Shown piece after piece: positions 26,041 through 37,770 of a stretch of DNA of 64,000 nt. Location of the stretch: contig CM097885.1 in NCBI GenBank assembly GCA_044892525.1, positions 237,772,001-237,836,000 of the forward strand, read 5' to 3'. Within the stretch, counting starts at the first letter, position 1. Each line of letters begins with the position of its first letter. The translations under genes and the position numbers were made by a program. The stretch is from Schmidtea polychroa. Taxonomy: Eukaryota. The notes under the pieces are model-generated. The model searched no databases and was not told the DNA's origin. It saw only the letters and a list, made by a program, of their open reading frames with translations.

Positions 26041-29000
26041 TAGGGTGGGTCGAATGTTAATAAATTTTGAGTTCAAGAAAGGAAACATGGTTAAAAAGTT
26101 GTATTTTGGTATAGAAAAATCGAATCAAACCATTTTACTTAGATTTATGGACATTTACTGCTCCCAACTTTTCTCCGAAAATGCAGTTCAACATAAGTGT
26201 GAAAACAATGTAATTTGGCTAGTGTCGGAATGTGTTTTGCGCCTTTGTCCATATTTAGATGTAGCTTTCTTAAGAGCTTATAAGTATATTATTTACTCTC
26301 TTGGGCTGAGATAGTATATTCTGTGTCCTCATCCCGCATTGAAATATATCCTGACAACGACAGTGATTAGGAAGGGCCAAATTTGAATTATCCTTTTCAA
26401 AGACAAAAATCAACTTTCGAAATTATTTTTTATTAAAAACATCCAGCCAAAAGTTTAGAAATGTATTAGCGAGGGCATAAAAAGAAGTCACATGAAATCA
26501 GCTTTGCTTTGCACCTTGGGCAATTCCTTCCTTGATTTTTTACACAGTAGTACCATACCATGTCTGGACTTGTGACCAAACACTTTGCAACTGGCAGAAG
26601 AAACATCTTTGATGGCTCTTTCAACGGCTTGAGAATGACAGGGAAATTGTTCTAATGTAATTTTCTTATTCATCTTCAATTCATGATCCAATATATGAGA
26701 TAAAAGAGGGGGAGGCGTCAAATTACATTTTGTCCAGTCAATCATGTCAACATATGATGTAGCAGACGACTGAAGAAAGACAGTATTCTTGTCCATAGTG
26801 CGAATCACTTCGGAAGGGAGAAAATTTTGTCTTGCAGTTATGATTTTTTCTGTTGCAAACTTTCTGATTTCTTCATCATCATCACCAACAGCAGCTAGGA
26901 GTATATTTTCTGGATGTGAGAAGTAATTGTTGTTCTGAATGACAGGAAAGATGATTTCTTGGTCTGATGGATCCAAATCCTGCAGAAGTTGGAGCATATA
27001 AAAATATTTCTTGCACCATCTTGGCATGACGAGTGAGTCTTTATATAAAACCATGACGGTCCATAGAAATTGACAATAAATTTCACTATTCGCATGAGAG
27101 GTTCAGATGGAGCAGTTTCGGACATATATAGTCGCAGAATTCTATTAGCTTTCGTTAGCCAGCGACTGTGATTCAAATTTCCTGGTTGTGCCATTTGTAG
27201 AAAAGGGACATCCTTGTTGTTGTGGTACCCTTTCTGGACTGCCAAGCATACTCTGAGGAAATACAATTGATCAGTGTTCAATTCTTTCTTGACATTTTCA
27301 CTAATATCTACGACCCTTCCAGGAAGGGACATAAAGGCTACTACGGGCTTGTCTTTTGGATCAAAATCAAGAACGCTTCCTATTTCACCACATGACGTTT
27401 TTGGACCTTTTGTTTCTCCACCATCGACGACTGAAAAATACTTCCTGAATGGCAATTCATTTGCATGCAACAAGCATATCAGCCATTGTAGAGGTCGCCC
27501 TAGGGTTTTTTCGAGTCTTCTGATTATTCCATTATTTTTTCCGGTGTTTGTATTGGTTCCATCGCACACAATTGCTTGAAGGGTCAGTGAGGACTGCGTG
27601 CTAACGATGATTGACATGATTTCTTTGCCAATATCCACAGATTTACTACTTTGAGGTACAACATGATCGATATATGTATCCCCTGGAAAGGCGACAATCA
27701 CATAATGCTCCTCTTTTAGGATCCTTCTATGAAGTAAGGTGGAATCTTGTTTCCCGTCGAAACCGAGGCAAATCAAGTTTTTCGCTTCTGCTGAATGCTG
27801 TTCAATTTCTCTCTCCCTCCAGTACTTTCTCTGACGCCGTAAGTTTGCGGGATCGATGATTGTTTGAGAGGATAACAGTTCCATATCTTTCAGAAAAGCG
27901 TTTACTAGCAAACACGTGTCTCTGTTGCTCACACCACATCTGTCAACAGCTTTACTTAATTCAGGATAATGTCTTCTATTTTGAAATTCATCACATTCTT
28001 CTACGCTTGACTCTGAGCTTTCTGTTGAATTGTCTAACTTATCTTTACTTTCATCACTAGCGGCTTCACTCTCCGTGTCACTTCTTGAGGTCGAATGTAG
28101 ATCGTTAACTTCAGTGTCCATTATTTCATTTTTCATTTGTTTTCCTTTTCCTGTAGGGCTGCTTTTCGTTTGTTTTCTCTTCAATTTTGAGGTTTCCTGT
28201 CTGTCCGTATTTCCGATTTTCATGTTTCTGGTAGTTTGTTGGTCAATCCAGAACTCCCACTCTAAGGTAGGAATTTTCAAGGCCAATCGGCATGTACACT
28301 GACTTCTTCCACGAGCACCATCATTAAAACATCTGCAGCAACATATGTCAAACAATTTGGAAAACGAGCTTAACTTATCTTGAAATTTGGCAGATGACCT
28401 CTTGCATTCTGGATACTTCTCTAATTCACGCACTTTTGATATTAGTCGCTTGACACGAACCACAATACTACTGAACTCAACAGTTGGGATACTTGCCTTC
28501 ATATAAATTTCCTTCACCTTATTTGCGAGAAGAGTTGCTTGTTCGTTAAAGCCAGTATGAAATTGCGTACATTTCTCATTGTAACAGTAATCACGAAACA
28601 CATCTTCACAAGTAGGTAATTGGTTTCTGGGTAGTTCACAAGTTTGACCAAACAGACAATGACGTGATTTACTTCTTGTTTTGCGAAATTGCTTATTTCT
28701 CTGTCCCTTCATAACTGCTCTTCTGTACTCAGCTCTGGCAAAATAAAAGTGAATCATCAAGTTAACTTTTTTAATTAGGTCCAGCAAACACTTGACATCC
28801 AATCGAAACAAATTAAATTATCTGAGTTTAGACTGACTAGTAGTATCCATGTGGATTATGTGTTGACTGTAGTGTGTGTGTTAGTATTGTTCAGAAGAAA
28901 TTGTCTTTGTGAGTGCTTGTGTGAAGGTGCTTCCGTGAATTAACCTCTCTATACATGCACGCGTTAGCTTGGACTTGTGAATAGAGCATGTCAAAAATGG

Positions 29001-29210
29001 TCTTTCTGCAAGCGTGTGACTGCTTGCAGGATGAATTTACAATGGCACGTGTGCGAGCATTTTTACTGGGATAGTACTAATACATACAAACAAAAGTTGG
29101 GACCTGTAAACCCTTTTAAACAGCAGTCTTTTGCAGGGATATTTCATTTTCTAGCATAAGCACAACTTTTTAGGCATGTTTGGAGAAAAAAAAATTTTCG
29201 ACCCACCCTA
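26041..29210 (-). mobile_element. hAT-superfamily transposon (hATm-like), 3170 bp
   Basis: TIR TAGGGTGGGTCGAA / TTCGACCCACCCTA; perfect 8-bp TSD ATAATCAA. Confidence 0.92.
26488..28811 (-). pseudogene. hATm-like transposase with a single frameshift near 27005
   Basis: LGFDGKQD, CDGTNTNTG, WLICLLHANELPFR and SRWLT in ORF 26895-28811; FPCHSQAVERAIK in ORF 26488-27054. Confidence 0.88.
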
Positions 29211-30128
29211 ATAATCAAGTTACTTTTCAAAAGATAACTTTACTTTATTAATTAAATTACAATATCACTATGTTTCGAGTTTTCTCTTGAATGATGTATG
29301 AAATTTTGACAGGGATCTGCCATTATTTTATCCATAGAAGCACGATGATCTGTACTGTTTCATTAATTTTGACTCAACTTGAATTTTTCTGGTATGTTGT
29401 TATGATTTTGCGTCAATAAGGTTTAAATGATCACTTCTTTCAGTTCATTGGACGTTTGAGAAATGAACTCTTAGTGTTCCATAGCAAAAATGTATAGAGA
29501 ACTATAAATTGAATATAGATTTTTGGTGAGTTGTCATTATGCACTATACGTCATTTATATTAAGGAAAATTTTAACATTGAATTAAACATTAACACGGTC
29601 CACTAGTCTGATGAATCCTAAATGTTGTGTATTCAGACCTTGGAACTACGAGCAAACCAAATACTTGTCGTAGTTTCAGATCCGCCTATATATAATTTAA
29701 TTGACATGGTATTCCGCAATACTGAGCTTACCTGTTGCAAGCATAGCACAGAGCTACATATGCGCATTCCAATATAACAACGCTAGTAACTAGTCGTAGT
29801 CGACACGGGTCTGAGGAAGTATACCGATAAACGGCGCAGTAAAACTATTCCCTATGAACAGAGTAGACCACTTCCAGCTCTACATATCATATTACTTTAT
29901 TGTGAAGTAGCTGTGTGCCTGAAAATGCATAATAACATTGGCTATAAAGTGCTAAGTAATTTCGCTTTGAAGTAAATCCAAAATCCAAAAACCCGTTTAA
30001 CAATCTATTAACCATAATAACCATATAATAAAATCTACTTACTATTCTTCAGTAAATTTTGGGCATAAATTGGCAAAAATTCACAAGTTTGTTTTCAACA
30101 TAATTCACAAAAGTGAAAGAGTTATACT

Positions 30129-31530
30129 TAGGCCTGCCATGAACCTTTTGAAAAAATCCGGGACATTTTTAAAAAATACCGAGACACAAAAACAAATTAA
30201 TTTAATTATGAAAAAATATATTTATTAACAATAAATTCTTAATTTTCATACTTTTTTTGTGAGTGAATCTTTTCAAGCAACTGAAAATTTGATTTAATTT
30301 TCTTGTAAAACTCACTACAACTATTTTTTGAGTTATATTGTAGAGTGATGATCGCATTTACAGTGCTCAAATCGAAACTTCCCTTCTGATCGGTCCATGC
30401 TTGATTAATGAACGAAAATAAACGTTCAACTTCCATTGATGTTCCTGGGATGCATAAAGCAAATTCAACTAATCTCTCCATATTAGTTAGACGCATTTAA
30501 TTGTCGCGAAAATGAGAGAAACTTTCAGCCCAAATTTTTGAAGCACTTGCTTTTTTGTCGGCCTATGTGGATTTCTTTTCGTTCGTAAAAATTATTATTT
30601 GATTATACTCATCGAAAAGCAAATCTTGATTTATTATTGCAGAACTTGCACCGTGTCGTTCGATTATAAAATCAACAGACTTTTCAATTTGCGGCCATTC
30701 CGGAGTTTTGTACATACTCATCCATTCAAAACTTTGAGCACCATCCAACGATTCCTGCCACTTGTCGAGATATGCAATAAGCTCTTCATAAAAATCTTTA
30801 ACATTTTGCAAAACAGCGCTTTGAGTGTCAACATGCAAGTGACACAATTCTAGAGGGACTTCTCGAGTGAGACACGCCAATTGAAAACGATGTTTGACTT
30901 TTTCCTTGAATAATCTCAACTCAAAAGAAATTTCAAATGCAGGAATTTCCGATCTCTCAAACAAAGGCATGGCTTCGTTTATCATTTGTATTTAGTTACT
31001 CAGAAAAATGTGCAAAAATTTATTGCTTTCAAGTGAGAAGAAGGTTTTGATGACCGGTCCTTTGAAATATTCTTTTAATGGATCAAACATTTCAATAAAT
31101 CGTTGATCTCCACGTGCGAGAGAAAGGAATCTTGTTGTTGAGTGAGATTTCAATGGCTTGAAAACTATATCAATTTCTTCGCAAATCTTCTTAAATGATT
31201 CGGTTCACACTGTGTAGATTTTAAAATGCTTGTGTAAAGAATAAATCAAATTTTCCATGTCAACGACCACCATTTGACATCCCGCACTAGTTGCATTATG
31301 AAGGATATGAGCATAGCATCCGAAACCAATAATATCACAATTCAATTCTTTTTGAAGCTTACACCAAACATTATTGCTTCCTTCTCTATAAACGCCGCTA
31401 AGATTCAGATTTGTATTGTCTGCACCAAAACATATCAATTTATTTTCCAACTCATTCTCTCGAACTTTTCTAATGATTTCATTCGCAATTGTATCTGATT
31501 TTTCATTTTCAATTGATTTCAATGAGATTT
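30129..31530 (-). pseudogene. Fragmented hAT transposase plus element end
   Basis: FGADNTNLN, GCYAHILHN, HSTTRFLSL and PGTSMEVERLFS across three broken ORFs; TAGGCCTGCCA...CCGGGACA terminus-like sequence at 30129. Confidence 0.8.
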
Positions 31531-31971
31531 ACTTGTGAGACACACCTCTTGTTGAGTTGATCTTAGAGTTGATCTACAGCGTCGTGCACTTCATCCATGA
31601 CTCGCACGATTCAAGCTAAATTCAATATTGACTCTCATTTGATGACGATATCCAGGAGTTCCTTCTCACTATAGTGCATCAAATTGACATTACCCCCTCA
31701 CTATAGTACTTCAGATTCACAAGCATAGAAAAATATTTTTCAAGCCAAATATTCCATGAATCATAATCCTACTATACACTATTAGGATGATAAGTCAGTA
31801 TTAATCTGGTCTTGATAGTGCATTGATACTAGTCAGCTGCTGTCGGTGACTAATGTTTTGGTTTGACTGTTATTTCATGGTCTTTACTTTCATTGAATCT
31901 GCCTTTAATGTACTATTAGTTATTAGATCAAATTCACTTGAAAAAGGCAGTGCCGAAAATTCGTGAATATC

Positions 31972-32409
31972 AGTAGTGAGGAATCTATGCACCCCAGCAC
32001 CCCAACCCTCAAAAAAAACAGCGCTATTGACCCATATTTTCCACATTTATATGCTTTTTTACCCCATATTCTTCACTTTTTTTAACTTTTAAACTTTGTC
32101 CCCTATTGCCATTAACCCTTAATTTCTTCCCTTAAAAGTAAAAAAGTTCGGAATAGATGTATTTATAGATTAGTAATTCCGAGAAAAGGTAACGGGGTGC
32201 ATAGATTCCTCACTACTTGGTCTTAAGGATTTAATGTTATAAGGATTTAATGTTATAAGAATATCAGATTACCTAATTCATAATGATCTAGGTCGCCTGA
32301 TCACTTTTAGATTTAAAAAAAATAAAAATTAATATCAAAACCAAAACATCGTATCCAACCAAAAGATTCTTTTAAAAATGGAAGCTATTTTCAATTGTGA
32401 AATTTGTGA
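31972..32409 (+). repeat. Left TIR (438 bp)
   Basis: Reverse complement of 46616-47053; includes the pPolB start codons ATGGAAGCTATTTTC at 32378. Confidence 0.95.
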
Positions 32410-32474
32410 GGTTTTGAAAGTTTTAAAAATAAAAAATTTTATGAAAATAGTAAAACTGCTCTGAGGGGACAGTG

Positions 32475-32505
<31 letters not shown>

Positions 32506-33003
32506 CACTGTCCCCTCAACAGTTTTTTTTGATCCGGATCATTTTTTTTTTATTTATCAACCTCTTTCGTTTATCAAATCTCTTCCAATATACAAGCTGG
32601 CCAGACTCATACATCAGAATCAATCCGATAATAGCAGCACGCCTTATTATTCGCTTCTCGCTCACGAAGTCGATTTCAACGGCGTTTTAAGCGTGCTGCT
32701 CGAAAGTACAAATGAATTCGAAAGCGAATCCGAAAGAGGTCCGAAAACAACCAAGAAATAAATGTGCACATTATAGAATCGATCCGGGGGTGTTCGAAAG
32801 ACAGGTGGCGATAATTACCGGTTCGCCACCATCACCCGTTTCAATATTTTTTTTTTCATATTTATGTTTAAAAAATAATTAATTAATAAAAAAATAAAAT
32901 AAAATAAAATAAATAAAATAAAATATACAAGTACTTTATAAATATAAGATACCCACACTATTATTTTCAAATTTTTAATATTATTTTATGTTGAAAAAAA
33001 ACT

Positions 33004-33076
33004 AACCACAGTTAGGATTTGAACCGCTATCTATTTGAACCACTGTGCCGGTCTAGCCCACTGCGCCATCAAGGTT
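33004..33076 (-). ncRNA. tRNA-like Pol III unit 1 (non-canonical)
   Basis: A box TGGCGCAGTGG, B box GGTTCAAATCC at tRNA spacing, then an oligo-T terminator; cloverleaf stems degenerate. Confidence 0.65.
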
Positions 33077-33242
33077 TGAATTTTTGTCATTTTTTAGACT
33101 ATAAATAATCGATTCAAGTTAAAACGTTTTTGATCTTAAATTTCCAAGAGTTGCCGTTGACCAATCACCTTTAAAATTTGTACAAGTACTAAATCGAGTA
33201 TGCTGATCAATATTTTGTTTAAAAAAAAAATTTGAAAAAAAA

Positions 33243-33316
33243 TGACCGAAATGGGATTTGAACCCATTGGTATTGGCAATGCAGTCGAGTGCTATTACCA
33301 CTAAGCTATACTCAAT
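33243..33316 (-). ncRNA. tRNA-like Pol III unit 2, 5' half resembles tRNA-Cys(GCA)
   Basis: GTATAGCTTAGTGGTAATAGCACTCGACTGCA; perfect T arm ATGGG-TTCAAAT-CCCAT; T8 terminator; anticodon stem unpaired. Confidence 0.7.
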
Positions 33317-33476
33317 ATAAAATAAGTTGTTAATGTGTGACTATTTATTGATGAAATTAATAATTAATTATTCATTTTCTCGACAACTACCACTCAGATC
33401 CATCTGAAAATTTAAATATATACTAAAATCAGTACGCTGAATCAGATTCCGTTGAAAAAAAATATCGAAAAAAATT

Positions 33477-33549
33477 GACCAAAATCGAAAATTGAACCCG
33501 GTACTCCCGGTGATAAAATTGAAGCCTATTCCCACTCCACTATAATGGC
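33477..33549 (-). ncRNA. tRNA-like Pol III unit 3 (more degenerate)
   Basis: A box TAGTGGAGTGG, B-box-like GGGTTCAATT, terminal GCCA/TGGT pairing, oligo-T. Confidence 0.5.
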
Positions 33550-33605
33550 TTACATAATATATTTAATTAATCCTATTGTGTGTGTGTAAATTTTAATATA
33601 TAAAA

Positions 33606-34898
33606 ATGAATAATATAAATCTTAAAATTCAAGAAAAAAATAAATTAAATCTTGATTATAATAAAGAATTTACTCATGAAATCAAGAAAAACGATGTACT
33701 TAAAATCTCCCCAACTTCAGGATCTATTGCAAACTTAAATCGTAGGGGTGATATAGTTTTTCAATCTCTTCAAACATCAAACCCTATAGATATTTGTAAT
33801 GCCAAATTATATTATAAAATCGAATTAGAAATTGAAGCAAACAAAGATATAACCCTAGAAAATAATTTCTTTCCAAATTTATTCTCCAATATGAGATTAA
33901 AACTAGGATCATCAGAAATTGAAACTGTTTTACATCCGGGAGTATATTCTACAATGTTAAATTTTATTTTGACTGGTTGTGATTATAAAAACGAATATGG
34001 TGAATTAACAGGTTGGATTCCTGATGTTAATAAAGGGGATTTAGATAAAGATGGTTTAGATGTAAACCATGGTTACCATAAAAGAGCTGAACTTTATAAA
34101 TCTAAAAAATTTGAAGGTTATTTTGAATTAAAACACTTGTTTGGATTCCTTCAAAACTATAATCGTATACTTCATAATGTTTTTATAGAATTCATCTGTA
34201 ATAGAGTAGAAGGTGATAAAAGATTGTTCTATGGAGCTGTAGATACAAAAGCTAAATTAAAATTATCAACACTTGAATTACATATACCTGAATGGACATT
34301 AAACCCACATTCTGAGATTAAACTCCTTGAAAGATTAAATTCCAACAAGTCTATAAATGTAAATTATTTAAATAGAATCTGTAGTGAATTTAGTATGACA
34401 GAGGGTTCAACATATTCTATAAAGGTAGCAAATTTAGCATACCGACCAAGATATATCTTGATTGGATTCAAAGAAGTAGATTCATCTTTCCAAAAAAATA
34501 ACAACTTGTTTATTCAAAAGATTGGAGTTGATAATTTAAAAACAATCCAAATTCAATTAAATAGTTCTTATTATCCAATAAATAGAATGGAATTTAATAT
34601 TGAAAATAATGAAAACATATTCCCATATCTAAATTATATTGAAACATGTTATGATTTCAAAGTTGAACCGCAATTAAGTTTAGAAGATTTCAAAAATTTA
34701 TATTCTATATTTTGTATAAATGTTTCAGACCAAGATGATCGCCTAGCCATAAATAATGTTGATGTTACACTTCATGTAACAAAGGATTCTAATTTTAAAG
34801 CTAAAGTATATACATTAATATTAGAAGAAAAGAAAATAGAAATGAAATTATATGGTGGAAAGATTTCAATAATCGAAAATGTTAGGGGAGATTCTTGA
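33606..34898 (+). CDS. Polinton major capsid protein (double jelly-roll)
   Basis: 430 aa; LENNFFPNLFS..RLKLG..EIE, PRYILIGF, LNSSYYP and IFCINVS motifs typical of Polinton MCP; gene context. Confidence 0.85.
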   Translation: MNNINLKIQEKNKLNLDYNKEFTHEIKKNDVLKISPTSGSIANLNRRGDIVFQSLQTSNPIDICNAKLYYKIELEIEANKDITLENNFFPNLFSNMRLKLGSSEIETVLHPGVYSTMLNFILTGCDYKNEYGELTGWIPDVNKGDLDKDGLDVNHGYHKRAELYKSKKFEGYFELKHLFGFLQNYNRILHNVFIEFICNRVEGDKRLFYGAVDTKAKLKLSTLELHIPEWTLNPHSEIKLLERLNSNKSINVNYLNRICSEFSMTEGSTYSIKVANLAYRPRYILIGFKEVDSSFQKNNNLFIQKIGVDNLKTIQIQLNSSYYPINRMEFNIENNENIFPYLNYIETCYDFKVEPQLSLEDFKNLYSIFCINVSDQDDRLAINNVDVTLHVTKDSNFKAKVYTLILEEKKIEMKLYGGKISIIENVRGDS

Positions 34899-34927
34899 TA
34901 TAATCCCTGATATTTTAACATTTTAAA

Positions 34928-36336
34928 ATGTCTCTAAATAAATATTGGAGATGTGAAAGTTGTAATTGTCAAGTTACAAGACATCATAAAGCAAGTCATT
35001 TAAAAACTAAAAAACATACAGGAGGTGATCTAATTCCACGAGCTGGAGGCGATTTGCAATCTTCAAAAACAACATCTTCAATATTAAAACCTTTTACTAC
35101 AGAAAAATATCCAGGTGAAAGACATTTATTTAAACACAACTATACTGGACCAGGAACACGTCTAGATATTAGATTAGATGAAAATAATAATCCCAAACAA
35201 GGAGAAGAACCAATAAATAGAATTGATCAAGCAGCTTTAAAACATGACATTGCATACAATTCAACAAATCTTAGAGATAGACATGTTGCAGATATGAATT
35301 TAATACATGATTTAAATAGTATCCAAAATCCATCAACCCAAGAAAAGATTCAAAGAGCTCTAGTTAAATTAGCAATGAAAGGTAAGATTTTCATAGGCTT
35401 AGGACACAGTCCGATCACCATGGGTGCAAGACTTCCTAGGAAAGCAAAAGATGTTGCTTATAAAAAGATTATCGAACAAGCAGAGATTGAAAGATCCCTC
35501 GAGAGTACAGCCAAGACTAGTTTACAAACCCCAACAGAATCAGAAATAAAATATGCAAAGGAATTACACCATGAATTTAGAAAAAATAAAAAATATTTAA
35601 AAGTTCAAGTACATGAAAAAGATCAAACATGGTCTGCAGATTTAGTCTTTATGCCCAAATCATCAGACCCTGAAAAATATAAATAATTTTAACTGTAATA
35701 GATTTATATACAAGATTTGCTTTTGCAAGATGTTTAGAAAATAAAACAGGATATTCTATTACAGAAGCATTTGAAAATATATTTGAAGAAAATCAAAGAA
35801 TCCCAAAATATTTATGGTGTGATAAAGGAACAGAATTTTATAACAAAGTTTTTACAAAGTTTTTAAATGAAAATGATATTAAATTATATTCAACAGAAAA
35901 CGAAGGAAAAGCAGTCGTAGTTGAAAGATTAAATAGAACATTAAAAAATAAAATGTGGAAATATTTTACTGCTATTGGAAAACAAAAATGGAACAATGAA
36001 TTGTTACAAAAGATTGTAAATGAATATAATAATGATGTACATAGTTCTATAAAATTAACACCTTTAAATGCTTCCATGAAGCCTGAAACCATTAAAGTGG
36101 TAAATATTGAAAATGATGTTATTGAAAAACCAAAGTTTAAAATTGGTGACCGAGTAAGAATATTTAAATATAAAAATAAATTTGAAAAAGGATTCACAGC
36201 AAAATGGACAAATGAAATTTTTATTATAAATAAAATAAATTATACAACTCCAATAACATATAGCATCTTTGATTTAAATAATGAAAAAATATTAGGTAGA
36301 TTTTATAATAATGAACTACAGAAAACAGATTTTTAA
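34928..36336 (+). pseudogene. Zn-finger + parvovirus-type PLA2 + retroviral-like integrase in one frame, with one in-frame TAA at 35684-35686
   Basis: YTGPG and DQAALKHDIAY; WSADL; reading past the stop gives KYK*FLTVIDLYTRFAF, LWCDKGTEF and VVERLNRTLK in the same frame. Confidence 0.9.
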
Positions 36337-36347
36337 GTCGACAAGCC

Positions 36348-37139
36348 CTAAAACAAACTTTTCCATATTTCAGCTTCTTCTCTATCCAAATAAATATAAT
36401 TATATTTTTCTTTCCAATGATTATCAACAAACATATCAAACATATTCTTATCAGGTTCAACATTTGAAAATAAATCATTATAAATCATATTCTTATCACG
36501 GCGATCTAATTTAAAAAATATAAAACAATTGGAATTATTTCTTATTGAATTTTTATCTAAAGCATAATATGTTTGAGATATATAAATAACATTACAATTA
36601 TTATGTCGACCTCGTGTAAAGTAACTCTTTTGAATCTCTTGATTTTTCATGTTGACAACATCATCAAATATAACTAGATTCTTTTTATCTTTAGGAAGTA
36701 AATCACAATGTAAAACATCTTCAGGTTTATTAGAGAATAAAACTTGAATTGCCTCCTGCCCTTCTTCACAAATATAATCATTTTTATTACTAATATCTGA
36801 TTCTAAAATATTTTCCTTATACCAATCAACCATATCACAAGGTTGAAAAACTTCTTCAGGACACCTATGTTGATTTTTAAAAATATCAATTATTGCTTTT
36901 TTAGTTAATTTATTTTCAAATCCACATTTCAAAAGTTGTAATTCTGGTTGATTTATGGTTGTAGAATAAAAGATTAAATTATTATAATCTAAAAAATCAT
37001 CTTCAAGTAACATTCTCAAAACAAGTACATTCTTTCCACATCCAGAAGAACCAACAATTAATAATCTAAAATTATCAGGAAATACTTTATTATTAAATTT
37101 ACTCTTATGTCTATTTAAAATTGGTTTCCAAATATCCAT
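36348..37139 (-). CDS. A32/FtsK-like packaging ATPase
   Basis: Walker A GSSGCGKN, Walker B LVIFDD, RGRHNN, ISQ, IRNNS. Confidence 0.95.
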   Translation of the reverse strand: MDIWKPILNRHKSKFNNKVFPDNFRLLIVGSSGCGKNVLVLRMLLEDDFLDYNNLIFYSTTINQPELQLLKCGFENKLTKKAIIDIFKNQHRCPEEVFQPCDMVDWYKENILESDISNKNDYICEEGQEAIQVLFSNKPEDVLHCDLLPKDKKNLVIFDDVVNMKNQEIQKSYFTRGRHNNCNVIYISQTYYALDKNSIRNNSNCFIFFKLDRRDKNMIYNDLFSNVEPDKNMFDMFVDNHWKEKYNYIYLDREEAEIWKSLF

Positions 37140-37154
37140 TTTGTTTATTATAAA

Positions 37155-37748
37155 ATGACAACTGAAGAATCTTTGCAAGAATTAATAAATTCAAATAAAA
37201 ATAAATCAGTAGTAATTGATGGTAAAAAATATTTTATTGGAAAACATGTAAAAGAACAAGTTAGAGCGAAGCTCCACGAAGCTAAAGAAGGTGGCATTCT
37301 TCCATTAGCTGCTTTAATACCTGCAATCATTGCTGGTTTATCAGGTGCTGCTGGAATAGCTGGAGGAATTGCAACTACAGTTCAAAAAGCTAAAGAATCT
37401 CAAAAGACAGACCTAGAAAAAGAAAAACTACAAACTGAAATCGATTCAATGAAGAAGGTAAGGCAAGCTAAAGGGGGAGTGTCCGTTGGAAAGGGTCTCT
37501 ATCTTAATCCATATGAGGGGAGTCGGCAAAAGTCTCAGGGCAAAGGTCTCTATCTTGATCCTTATAAAGGTAGAGGTTTAAATGATTTTTTAAAAAATCA
37601 AATTTCTACATCTGAATCTTTATCTTCAAAAGATAAAGAAGATTTAAAAAAAATATGTAAATTTTTAAAGAATGGATGTCTTTGTAAAACTAAAAATGGC
37701 AAAGGTTTATACTTGAAGCCCTTTCCAACGGATCCTTTACCAAAATGA
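37155..37748 (+). CDS. Core protein with adenovirus pX-like segment and GKGLYL repeats
   Basis: EGGILPLAALIPAIIAGLSGAAGIA resembles the adenoviral pX GG-ILP-hydrophobic motif; three GKGLYLxP repeats. Confidence 0.7.
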   Translation: MTTEESLQELINSNKNKSVVIDGKKYFIGKHVKEQVRAKLHEAKEGGILPLAALIPAIIAGLSGAAGIAGGIATTVQKAKESQKTDLEKEKLQTEIDSMKKVRQAKGGVSVGKGLYLNPYEGSRQKSQGKGLYLDPYKGRGLNDFLKNQISTSESLSSKDKEDLKKICKFLKNGCLCKTKNGKGLYLKPFPTDPLPK

Positions 37749-37770
37749 TACCATTTTTAATACCATAAAA

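Noticed and set aside
29605..29850. Possible hammerhead cores (CTGATGA at ~29609, CTGAGGA at ~29811; also ~58549)
   Set aside because: No correctly placed GAAA or closing stems found.
33004..33549. Calling the three units functional tRNAs
   Set aside because: Anticodon stems do not pair and acceptor stems are imperfect; kept as tRNA-like ncRNA.
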